Virus record (IMG/VR): IMGVR_UViG_3300017644_000109
Span: 1 to 34,926 of that record
DNA length: 34,926 nucleotides
Reading direction: 5' to 3' (one strand)
From: a virus
Taxonomy: Duplodnaviria; Caudoviricetes
Part shown: positions 18,061 through 25,844 of the stretch, piece by piece
How positions within the stretch are numbered: position 1 is the first letter of the stretch
How the letters are laid out: every line of letters starts with the position of its first letter
Made by a program: the position numbers and the translations under genes
The notes under the pieces: generated by a model
What the model was told of the DNA's origin: nothing
What the model saw: the letters and a program-made list of their open reading frames with translations, nothing else
Databases searched by the model: none

Positions 18061-18129
18061 GTGCTGGCTGCTCATCAGTGCCGGGCCACCACGCCCAGCA
18101 GACACCCGCTGAGGCGGGCGTTTCGCTGC
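18061..18129 (-). ncRNA. Type II hammerhead ribozyme (HHR-B)
   Basis: RNA: GC GAAA CGCCCGC-CUCA-GCGGGUG UC^ UGCUGGGC-GUGGUG-GCCCGGCA CUGAUGA GC AGCCA; complete core; cleavage predicted between 18101 and 18100. Confidence 0.92.
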
Positions 18130-18818
18130 TATTGCGGCAGCGCCATTGGCCCCGCCTCGGCCGTGACGCCACGGTGCAACTGTGCCTGCCGACCGGCGCG
18201 GGCACCCGCTTCAATCGCGTCCCAGTCCTTTTCGGCGAACTTGCGGTCGCCATTGCGATCGGTGGCTGCCAGTTCTCCGCAGCCAGGGTGATGCGCCTGC
18301 ATGTACGCCTCGATGGCGGCGGCGTTGTCAGGGTCTTCCGCGACGTCCTGCACCTGGCGCCAGACCTCGCCGACCCAGGCTTGGCAGAACAGGTCTGCCC
18401 GCCGCGTCTTGTTGATCGGCTTGAGCCGTTTGCAATGCGCCTGGATGTAGGACGCGCGTGCCTTCTTGAGCTGGCGCATCAAGACGCCGAAGGCGTACTG
18501 CGCAATTTCCGGCGACGCCGCCGTGCCGATGAAGCACCACTGACCTGGGCCGATGCCCCGGCGGAACAGCGGCTGGCAGCCGAAAGCGCGGCACACCGTC
18601 ACCGCCAGGTTGTTCTCCCACAGCGCGGGCTTGCTCGCCGCGCCGGCCGTTGCCTTGGCCTCATGCGCGTCGGAAGCCAGGATGTCGCCCTCGCTGATGC
18701 GGAACTTCTCCATCAGCGCGCGGGCTTGGCGCAGCGCCGCCGCCGCCTCGTGCTCGTTGGCGCTGGCCGAAAGGGCCAGGCACTTCTTGATCTTGTCGAT
18801 AGCTGAGTTTCGGTCCAT
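18129..18818 (-). CDS. DUF2786 domain protein
   Basis: IDKIKKCLALSASANEHEAAAALRQARALM N-terminal signature. Confidence 0.88.
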   Translation of the reverse strand: MDRNSAIDKIKKCLALSASANEHEAAAALRQARALMEKFRISEGDILASDAHEAKATAGAASKPALWENNLAVTVCRAFGCQPLFRRGIGPGQWCFIGTAASPEIAQYAFGVLMRQLKKARASYIQAHCKRLKPINKTRRADLFCQAWVGEVWRQVQDVAEDPDNAAAIEAYMQAHHPGCGELAATDRNGDRKFAEKDWDAIEAGARAGRQAQLHRGVTAEAGPMALPQ

Positions 18819-18819
18819 G

Positions 18820-18885
18820 TTGGCTGCTCGTCAGTACCGGGCCACCACGCCCGGCAGACACCCGCCGAAGCAGGTGTTTCGCAAT
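18820..18885 (-). ncRNA. Type II hammerhead ribozyme (HHR-A)
   Basis: RNA: UUGC GAAA CACCUGC-UUCG-GCGGGUG UC^ UGCCGGGC-GUGGUG-GCCCGGUA CUGACGA GCAG CCA; cleavage predicted between 18857 and 18856. Confidence 0.93.
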
Positions 18886-18895
18886 GCCGCGGCGG

Positions 18896-19168
18896 TCAGG
18901 CCACGGCGTCCTTGAGCGCCTGGCCGGCCTTGAACTTGACCGCCTTGCTGGCCGCGATCTGGATGGCCTCGCCGGTCATCGGATTGCGACCTTGGCGCGC
19001 CTCGCGCTCGGTCACGGCGAAGCTGCCGAAGCCGGTCAGCGATACCTCGCCGTCTTCCTGCAGGCCGGTCTTGATGCCGGTCAGCACCGCGTCGACGGCA
19101 ATGCCGGCGAGCGTCTTCGTCATTTCGCCTTGCTTGGCAACGGCTTCGATCAGTTGGGTCTTGTTCAT
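18896..19168 (-). CDS. HU family DNA-binding protein
   Basis: MNKTQLIEAVA...GFGSF...R.GRNP.TGE.IQI......KFKAG..LKDAV. Confidence 0.97.
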   Translation of the reverse strand: MNKTQLIEAVAKQGEMTKTLAGIAVDAVLTGIKTGLQEDGEVSLTGFGSFAVTEREARQGRNPMTGEAIQIAASKAVKFKAGQALKDAVA

Positions 19169-19217
19169 GGATTGCTCCTAGGGGTTGGGAAAGGCCGCGA
19201 ATCGCTCGCGGCGGGCG

Positions 19218-19619
19218 TTACTGCAGTCGGATATAGGTCGGCATGGCCGACCAGCCGATGAGGTTGCCGGTGAACGGCAGGCCATAAAGGTCCTGGAAGA
19301 AGGCCACGAAATCGCGCCAATCTTCGAAGCCGTCGCCGCGCGCCAGTTCGTTCACCTGGTCGGCGGTCAACAGGCGGTCGCCGAGAAACACCTGCGGAAT
19401 GCGGTCGGCCATCGGCGGCAGGATGGTGACCTCCACCACGTACTCGCAGACTTCCTGCCGCAGCAGCCGAACTTGCTTGGTGCGCAGCCCGGTATAGAGC
19501 CGCAGCGTGTCGCCAGGCTGCGGATTGCGGCCGTCGCTGCGCCGCGCGCGGATGGTGTGAGGCTTGCTGCCATCGAGCACCGCCGGGGCGTACCGCGCCT
19601 GGAAGTTGATCAGGTGCAT
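19218..19619 (-). CDS. ASCH/PUA-like domain protein
   Basis: INF....AVLDGSKPHTIR, GDTLRLYTGLRTK and ARGDGF motifs. Confidence 0.75.
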   Translation of the reverse strand: MHLINFQARYAPAVLDGSKPHTIRARRSDGRNPQPGDTLRLYTGLRTKQVRLLRQEVCEYVVEVTILPPMADRIPQVFLGDRLLTADQVNELARGDGFEDWRDFVAFFQDLYGLPFTGNLIGWSAMPTYIRLQ

Positions 19620-19627
19620 GGGCGCCC

Positions 19628-20257
19628 TCACAGCGACGCGAAGTCCAGCGAGATGGCCGCGTGCGTATCGCTGCCGGCCGGTCGTTCGTAGAACCGCATG
19701 TAGGTCTTGGTGCCGACGACCTGGACAGACTCGCCGATGGCTTCCATGGCGCGCTTCCATTTCTCGTCCTGGATGTCCAGGCGGCGCAGCGCCAACACCC
19801 GACCGGTGTTGATCTTGCCTTCCTTGTCGGTTTCGAACGCCTGCTGGACCAGCACCTGAATCTTGGGATCGCTGCCCTTGGCCCATTCCAGAATGCACTC
19901 GTCAATGAGCTGCTTGGCGGCCTGCAGCCGCTCGTCGAAGCTGATGTTCTCGGCGCGCTGGATGACCACCTTCATGCTGCCGTCAAAGCTGTGCAGCGTG
20001 ACGTTGCCTTTGGCGCCGCCGAGCTTCACGCCGTACGTGTCGGCCGACAGCGAAACGAAGGCGTTGGCGTCGCCGAATACCCGTGCCTTGAACTGGGCCA
20101 GCAGGTCGCGCTGCTGCTTGGCGAGCGCCACCATTTCGGTGACCAGGCGGTCGCGCTCGATGTCGATCGGGCGGATGGCCGATTCGGGCACCAGGTGGCC
20201 CTGCGCGTTGAGTCGGTAGCCGTCCGGGATCTGAGGTTGGTTCTCTTGCGTGCTCAC
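19628..20257 (-). CDS. DUF3164 family protein
   Basis: GG.KGNVTL.SFDG, FDERLQAAK.LIDEC and TKTYMRFYER motifs; GAAAGGA RBS, GTG start. Confidence 0.88.
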   Translation of the reverse strand: MSTQENQPQIPDGYRLNAQGHLVPESAIRPIDIERDRLVTEMVALAKQQRDLLAQFKARVFGDANAFVSLSADTYGVKLGGAKGNVTLHSFDGSMKVVIQRAENISFDERLQAAKQLIDECILEWAKGSDPKIQVLVQQAFETDKEGKINTGRVLALRRLDIQDEKWKRAMEAIGESVQVVGTKTYMRFYERPAGSDTHAAISLDFASL

Positions 20258-20844
20258 GATGTACGTCCTTTCTTCAGGTTCTGGACCGCGTTCCGTACGT
20301 GGTCCGGCATTTGGGATTTCGGCAGCGAAGCGTCCAGGTGGATCGGCCCGGCCGTGGTGCTGACCGCGTTGCGCCGTTCGGGGGAAGTGCCGGCACCGGC
20401 CACGCCGCGCGCCTGCGCTTCCCGCGCGGCCTCCGCGCTGCTGGCCGAGCGTCCGGCCTGGCTGGCCATGACCGAGCGCAGCCAGCCGTGGGACTTCAGC
20501 GGCAAGTCGAGCTTGCCGAGGCTGGCCTGCTCGACCGCATAAGCGAAGGTCTGCGCCCACAGCTGGAGCGGAGCCGCGTACACGATCCCGTTCCAGGTCA
20601 CCTGCGCCGCGGCCATTTCGGGCTGCAGCTCGCGGATCAGGCTCGCCATGCGGCCATTGGTCATTTGCGTCTTGCGCGGGCCGAACAGGCCGATGTAGCG
20701 CAGCAAGGGCTTGATGACCGTGTCGCCAGCGGGATGGATGTCCACCAGCGCCTGCAGCATTTCGGCAATGCCGTTGTCCGCCAGCACCACGTCGAGGGAC
20801 ATGCGCACCCGACAGTTCGGGCAGCACACTTCTGGCAGCGGCAT
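20254..20844 (-). CDS. Hypothetical Mu-like early protein with N-terminal CPxC
   Basis: CCPNC, YIGLF.P and PLKSHGWL motifs; start and stop overlap the neighbouring genes. Confidence 0.75.
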   Translation of the reverse strand: MPLPEVCCPNCRVRMSLDVVLADNGIAEMLQALVDIHPAGDTVIKPLLRYIGLFGPRKTQMTNGRMASLIRELQPEMAAAQVTWNGIVYAAPLQLWAQTFAYAVEQASLGKLDLPLKSHGWLRSVMASQAGRSASSAEAAREAQARGVAGAGTSPERRNAVSTTAGPIHLDASLPKSQMPDHVRNAVQNLKKGRTS

Positions 20845-21311
20845 TACAGGACCTCCGCGCTGCGCGCCGCCGCTTCCAGCCGCCGACGCAGCGCCGCGCG
20901 GCGGTTGGCGTAGACGACCTGCAGCCGAATCAGGTTGCCCTGGGCGTCTTCCAGCTCGGCCTTGCGCCATTCCACCTCGTTGACGGCGCGTTCTTCCTCG
21001 CGGTCCAGGTAGGTCAGCTCGCGGCGCAGCCGCACACGCAGCCACACGCGGCGCCATTCGGCACGCAGGTGCCGCAGACCTCGCTGCAGTTCGAGGAGCG
21101 TCGGGCTGCCAGCCAGCAGAGTGTCAAGCTTCATCGCGGCGTCCTTGTCTGTGGCCGGCATCGCGGCGGGTTGCTTTGCCTTACGTGTTTCAGCAGGCAG
21201 GTCGGCGAGGTGGCACAGAAACTCGAGGGCAGCCGCACCGGTCGCCTCCACCTTGATGCCGCCCTCGGTGTAGCGGACGGTGATGCCGGATGGGTTGGGT
21301 GTATTCGTCAT
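20844..21311 (-). CDS. Hypothetical coiled-coil protein
   Basis: AGGAG RBS, ATG at 21311; TAATG coupling to the next gene. Confidence 0.65.
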   Translation of the reverse strand: MTNTPNPSGITVRYTEGGIKVEATGAAALEFLCHLADLPAETRKAKQPAAMPATDKDAAMKLDTLLAGSPTLLELQRGLRHLRAEWRRVWLRVRLRRELTYLDREEERAVNEVEWRKAELEDAQGNLIRLQVVYANRRAALRRRLEAAARSAEVL

Positions 21312-21328
21312 TGCGAGGACTCCTGGTG

Positions 21329-22318
21329 TTAGTACGGGCGCGACTCGCCGAGCAGCAGCACGTCGCGCGCCACGGCGTGGACCAGATCGGCGGACATGGC
21401 ATGCTTCTTCAGGCCGTAGTCGCGCAGCGCGGGAATGAAGTTCTCGACCAGCATGCGGGCCGAGCCTTTGCAGTAGTGCCAGAGGGCGTCCAGCGCGTCC
21501 TCGGGCAACTCGCCTTGGTCGCTCAGCGCCGCTTGCGCCAGCGCGTCGGCATCCTCGCGTGTGATGCCCTTGATCATCTGCGGCCAGAAGCCGACGCGCG
21601 ATCGGATTTGGTCGAACTCGCCGTAGGACGGCTTGACCAGCTGCAACAGGCGCTCGGTGCCGACCAGGACGATGCCCACGCCCGCCTTGTCGCGGATGCG
21701 GCGCAGGTAGTGCAGGCACTTCGGGCGCATCGTTTCGGCTTCGTCGACGATCAGCAGGAACGTGGTGTTCGTCAGCGCCTCAACGATGCCGGAGAACTTG
21801 GCGTCGAGCGAGCGCGACATCGGGGCCGCGAGCTGGGCTCGCAGCTCGTCCAGCATCACGCTGGGCGACATATCGGGATTGGCCTCGATCAGCAGCGTAT
21901 GGGTGTTGCGCTGCTGATACTGCTTGATGGCCTCGGTCTTGCCGACGCCGACGTAGCCGCACAGCACACCGAAGTTCCGGTACTGCCGGGCGCGGTCGCA
22001 GACGACGACCGCCATCTGGTAGGTGCTCGTGACGACGTGAGGCATGACCCCGACCGACTTGCGGTTCGTGTGCGTCGCCAGCGCGTCGATCATCTGGCGA
22101 ATCCATTTGCTCGGGTCGGTCGGATACTTGCCGTTGAGCACCTGCGACTGCGTCGTCGGTGCGACGCGCGACAGGCGGGCCAGCCATGCGCGGGTCAGGC
22201 CCAGCTCCGCGAGCTGTTGGTGAATGCTGGCAACGTCCTGGCGGTTCTGCTCGGTGTAGGAGTCCATCCATTCCGTCGGAACGGCCAGGACAGGGGTATC
22301 AGCAGTCTGCTGCGTCAT
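21329..22318 (-). CDS. Transposition ATPase B (MuB-like)
   Basis: N-terminal HTH, Walker A GYVGVGKT, Walker B LIVDEAE, QIRSRVG. Confidence 0.93.
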   Translation of the reverse strand: MTQQTADTPVLAVPTEWMDSYTEQNRQDVASIHQQLAELGLTRAWLARLSRVAPTTQSQVLNGKYPTDPSKWIRQMIDALATHTNRKSVGVMPHVVTSTYQMAVVVCDRARQYRNFGVLCGYVGVGKTEAIKQYQQRNTHTLLIEANPDMSPSVMLDELRAQLAAPMSRSLDAKFSGIVEALTNTTFLLIVDEAETMRPKCLHYLRRIRDKAGVGIVLVGTERLLQLVKPSYGEFDQIRSRVGFWPQMIKGITREDADALAQAALSDQGELPEDALDALWHYCKGSARMLVENFIPALRDYGLKKHAMSADLVHAVARDVLLLGESRPY

Positions 22319-22328
22319 GATGTGGTCC

Positions 22329-23957
22329 TTATTCGTCGTTGTTCAGCAGGTCGATGACAATGCCGGTCTTGACCGGTACGCGTGCCGTTAGGGGCGTGGA
22401 CAGGTCGGGAAGCTGCTCCAGCTGGTCGGAAATCGTGATGGCGTCCTGGCGCCGTGCGCGCGCTTCGTCGGCCTTCTTCTGCAGGCGCTTGATCTGGCCC
22501 TGCAACCGCTTGTCGCGCTGTTCCTCCAGGCGCGATTGCGGGACCACGCCGACCGTGCGCACCAGCCCCGCCTGGCATACGAACCGGTCCTTGGCGTCGT
22601 AGAGCCAGACGGCCGCGTCGTTGTGCAGGTCGTACTCGACCGTGAGCTGCTTGCCGTCGTACAGGGCCAGCTCGTTGGCGTAGTACTGGCGCTTGTGCAG
22701 CTCCACCATCTGCCGGCGCACCGTGCGCTTTTCGCGCGGCCGCACAATCGCCTCGGCCGACAGCACGACGGGGTTGCGCTCCAGGCTCGCCCACACCTGG
22801 GCCGGCGTGCGGCCATCCAGCACGTCCATCGGGGTGTGGTTGTACTCGTGGATGAACTGGCTCAGGCTGGCGGCATAGTCGGCCAGCGACGGGAGCTTGC
22901 GCTTGCCGGCCTTCACGTCCGAAGACAGCCGGCGATTGACTTCCTCGGCCATGTCGTTGCCGCAGTACACTTGGCCGCCGGCAAAGAACTTGTCGTGGTG
23001 GTCGCGCACCGTGCGGAACCAGCGCTCAATCCAGCCCTTGCCGTGCGGGTTGCCCGGCAGCGCGCCGATGACATCCATTTCGAAGCGGCTGTAAAAGCCT
23101 GTCGCTTCGTCGTTAAGCAGCTTCGAGCGGTAGCCGGCGCCACGGTCGAGGTACAGAAACAGCGGCAGGTGGTCGTGGGTCTGCATGGCGTGCGACAGCG
23201 CAAACACCGTGGACAGCGCCGACTCCGCCTCCGACAGATACCAGCCTGGAACGTAGCGGCTGCGGATGTCGATGAAGGCCGTCAGTTCTGGCCGGAACAC
23301 GCCGCCGGTGTTCGGGTGCGCCACATAGCAGTCGCATGTGTGGCCGTCGCCGGCGTAGATGTCGCCGACCTTGATCTGCTCCAGCGTGCGCGGCTGGAAC
23401 TTCTGATGCCGCAGCTTGTGCAGGTGCCGGCCGACACGAGCGGGGCTGTTCGGGCCCACCGTTGCCGGCAGGGACTTCAGGTACGTCTTGACCCGCGATT
23501 CGGTCGCGCTGTCAAAGCCCTCCTTGCGCAGCTTGAGCGCGACGGCGGCATAGGTCGGCTTGCTCGGCAGGTTGTAGAGCGCCATGGCGCGCAATTCCCA
23601 GCCGTAGTCCTGGCGCACGCGCCCTGTATGCCGGGACAGCAGGCCCGCCTTGCCCTCCCGCTGGAAGGCAGACAGCCACCGCTTGAGCGTACGCACCGAG
23701 GGCACATCGCCGAGGCGCGCCAGCAGCTGCTGCTGGACCGCGGAATCGGTGTCCCTCAAGCGCTCGGCCAGTAGGCTGGCGACATTGTTGACGCTTGCAC
23801 CGGCCTGGATGAGCTGCAGGCCAGGGCCGATCAGCTGGTAGCGCAGTTCAGCCGTCTGCCGTTGCGCCTCGGTCGCGGTAAGCCACGGATCGCTGTTGAG
23901 CGCAGCCGGCAATTGGCTGGTCATGATGTCGGATTTCAAGGCAAGTACGGAACTCAT
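22329..23957 (-). CDS. DDE transposase A (MuA-like)
   Basis: PSVRTLKRW HTH; catalytic D (GDGH), D (YLDRG), E (KGWIERWF); C-terminal YD..D...VW. Confidence 0.95.
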   Translation of the reverse strand: MSSVLALKSDIMTSQLPAALNSDPWLTATEAQRQTAELRYQLIGPGLQLIQAGASVNNVASLLAERLRDTDSAVQQQLLARLGDVPSVRTLKRWLSAFQREGKAGLLSRHTGRVRQDYGWELRAMALYNLPSKPTYAAVALKLRKEGFDSATESRVKTYLKSLPATVGPNSPARVGRHLHKLRHQKFQPRTLEQIKVGDIYAGDGHTCDCYVAHPNTGGVFRPELTAFIDIRSRYVPGWYLSEAESALSTVFALSHAMQTHDHLPLFLYLDRGAGYRSKLLNDEATGFYSRFEMDVIGALPGNPHGKGWIERWFRTVRDHHDKFFAGGQVYCGNDMAEEVNRRLSSDVKAGKRKLPSLADYAASLSQFIHEYNHTPMDVLDGRTPAQVWASLERNPVVLSAEAIVRPREKRTVRRQMVELHKRQYYANELALYDGKQLTVEYDLHNDAAVWLYDAKDRFVCQAGLVRTVGVVPQSRLEEQRDKRLQGQIKRLQKKADEARARRQDAITISDQLEQLPDLSTPLTARVPVKTGIVIDLLNNDE

Positions 23958-24001
23958 GTCACACCTGGGGGGCGGTGGTCGGTTGAGCTATCGATACGGG
24001 A

Positions 24002-25015
24002 TCAAACGGGACGCTTCTTGGGACGGCCAACGCCGCGCGGGCGCTCCATCTCGCGTTCCCACTCGCGGGCCTTCTTCTCGTGCTCGTGTTCGGCGATGAG
24101 GGCGCGATACTCGAGGGCGCAGCGGGTTGCCTCTTCCGGGCTGAACGTGTCCAGCACCGTGGCATCGCCGGCCAGCTCGGGGCCGTAGGTCTGTTCCATC
24201 TGCGCCATCAGGCCGCCGACGGTTGCGTACAGCGAAGCGAGCGCGGCGTGCACATGCCGGGCTACCGGCACGTTCCACTCGGCGTTCTCGCTCAGGCCGT
24301 TCGCCAGGTGTTCGGATGCGAGCCGGCCGATGTCCTCGACGGACATGAGCGCCTTCTTATGCAGGGCTGCGCATTCCAGGCGAATGTCCTGCACCAGGAT
24401 CGGCACGGCGCCGCCGGTCTTGACGCGGCCTTCGCGCGCAACCCGCAAGTCCTCTCTGAGCCGGTCGCGCTCGCGCTCCAGAGTCTCGGTCTTGGTTGCA
24501 AGATCGGTCTTTGCCGCTTCCAGGGTGCGAATGCGCTGCCGGAGGTCCCGTACCGATAGGGCAGCGATGTCGCCAAATTGCTCGTCATCGGCGAAAAGGT
24601 CTTGCAACACCTCCGGGTCCGCCTTGGCGAGTGCTAGTACCTTCGTCTTGGGCAGTGCAAGGACCCTTTCCCGGTCGCCGGACGGAAGGCCAGCAGCGAA
24701 CTTGGCGTAGGTCATTGCTTCGTGCGCACGCTGCGGAGGCATGCCACGCTCTTCCAGTAGAGAAATGAAGGTCCCGTGTTCGCATTCGGCACGCACGCTA
24801 AGCAGCGCGAGGCCCGCTTCGATGACCGCCCGCAGCGCGTAGTTGGTTTTTTCGACAGCGCGGGAAATGCGGTCGCCGATATCACCGTCCACAGGCACGC
24901 CCAAACTGCGGGCCAGCTCTACCTCCGCATTCCCGAACTCAAATATCCGAACGTTCGGATATTTGCCGTCCACGATGACAGCGGAATCCACAGACGTTAC
25001 AGGGCTGGAGGTCAT
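24002..25015 (-). CDS. DUF3102-like protein with coiled coil
   Basis: EAG..LL..R....HG.F...L.......A...M motif; between ner-like gene and A. Confidence 0.7.
   Translation of the reverse strand: MTSSPVTSVDSAVIVDGKYPNVRIFEFGNAEVELARSLGVPVDGDIGDRISRAVEKTNYALRAVIEAGLALLSVRAECEHGTFISLLEERGMPPQRAHEAMTYAKFAAGLPSGDRERVLALPKTKVLALAKADPEVLQDLFADDEQFGDIAALSVRDLRQRIRTLEAAKTDLATKTETLERERDRLREDLRVAREGRVKTGGAVPILVQDIRLECAALHKKALMSVEDIGRLASEHLANGLSENAEWNVPVARHVHAALASLYATVGGLMAQMEQTYGPELAGDATVLDTFSPEEATRCALEYRALIAEHEHEKKAREWEREMERPRGVGRPKKRPV
24940..24965. repeat. Perfect 26-bp palindrome
   Basis: CAAATATCCGAAC|GTTCGGATATTTG. Confidence 0.95.
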
Positions 25016-25209
25016 GCTGCCTCCGTTTGGTCGCTGGGCTTCTTCATGCCCAGCGCCACTGCGACTTCGTGGCCCTTCCCGTAGTGCGCCTTCTGCACGC
25101 CGCGAATGACGCGGGAGACAAGCAGGTAGGGATATCCGTTCTCATCGGACCACTGCTTGATGGTGATACCCCGCTCACGCAGCTTGCGCTTAACCTCTTG
25201 GCCTGTCAT
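25012..25209 (-). CDS. Ner/Cro-like DNA-binding protein (BcepMu gp16-like)
   Basis: GITIKQWSDENGY...VSRVIRG....YGKGHEVAVALGMK; first gene of the early operon; GGAG RBS. Confidence 0.88.
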   Translation of the reverse strand: MTGQEVKRKLRERGITIKQWSDENGYPYLLVSRVIRGVQKAHYGKGHEVAVALGMKKPSDQTEAA

Positions 25210-25252
25210 ATTTGCTCCGCAATTGAATGTCAAACAGTCAACGTATGGGCGC

Positions 25253-25281
25253 ACGATAGCAAACAAATGTTGACCATGCAA
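25253..25281 (-). promoter_or_regulatory. Putative early promoter (sigma70) with operator in the spacer
   Basis: TTGCAT-17 nt-TATCGT on the minus strand; spacer holds the AAACAAATGTTGAC repeat. Confidence 0.65.
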
Positions 25282-25290
25282 GAGGAAAAT

Positions 25291-25788
25291 ATGGAAACAA
25301 ACGTTGGCGATCGTTTGCGCGAGGAGCGGGCGCGCTTGGGGCTTAGCCAGGTGGATTTTGCTGCACACGCACGCGTCACAAAAACAACGCAGGGCAACTA
25401 TGAGGCAAACAAACGTTTGCCTGATGCCGCATATTTGGCAGCCATCGCAAGAGCGGGAGCAGACGTGCAGTACATCGTGACCGGCGAGAGGTCGGTCGGA
25501 GCCGGTGTTCAGATCCAGGCTGTAAAGCAGGCCGTCGAAAAGGCGTTCACGATGGTGACCGCAACAGGCATGGCGATTACCCCGGCCCAGCTAGCGGCGA
25601 TGGTGGTGGCGCTGCTCCCGGAGCCTGCACAGCCGACTGCAGCTGAGGAGCCTGCCCCCAGGCAGCCCATAGGTTCCACAGTGTCGAACGTCCAAGGCCA
25701 TCGCAATATGGTGGCTACGGGGACAGGGATCGTTCAGGTAGGTGGCCGCCCAACAATTTCTCGTCAGCGTAAAATGAAGCCCAATTGA
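25291..25788 (+). CDS. Immunity repressor (XRE HTH) with C-terminal Gly/Val/Gln motif
   Basis: GDRLREERARLGLSQ..FA......QGNYE..KR.PDAAYL......DV.YIVTG; GAGG RBS; divergent from the ner-like gene. Confidence 0.9.
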   Translation: METNVGDRLREERARLGLSQVDFAAHARVTKTTQGNYEANKRLPDAAYLAAIARAGADVQYIVTGERSVGAGVQIQAVKQAVEKAFTMVTATGMAITPAQLAAMVVALLPEPAQPTAAEEPAPRQPIGSTVSNVQGHRNMVATGTGIVQVGGRPTISRQRKMKPN

Positions 25789-25844
25789 CGCACAAAACAA
25801 TTTAGACGGGTCTGTTGGTTTAGGAATTTCAAGGGAACGAAGTG

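Noticed and set aside
18101-18856. 756 nt is a multiple of 3, suggesting rolling-circle translation
   Set aside because: The ORF has an in-frame TAG before the junction; a one-in-three coincidence
18064-18882. Direct repeats as att sites, IS ends or a CRISPR array
   Set aside because: Only two copies about 756 nt apart, no integrase or cas genes; fully explained by hammerhead structure
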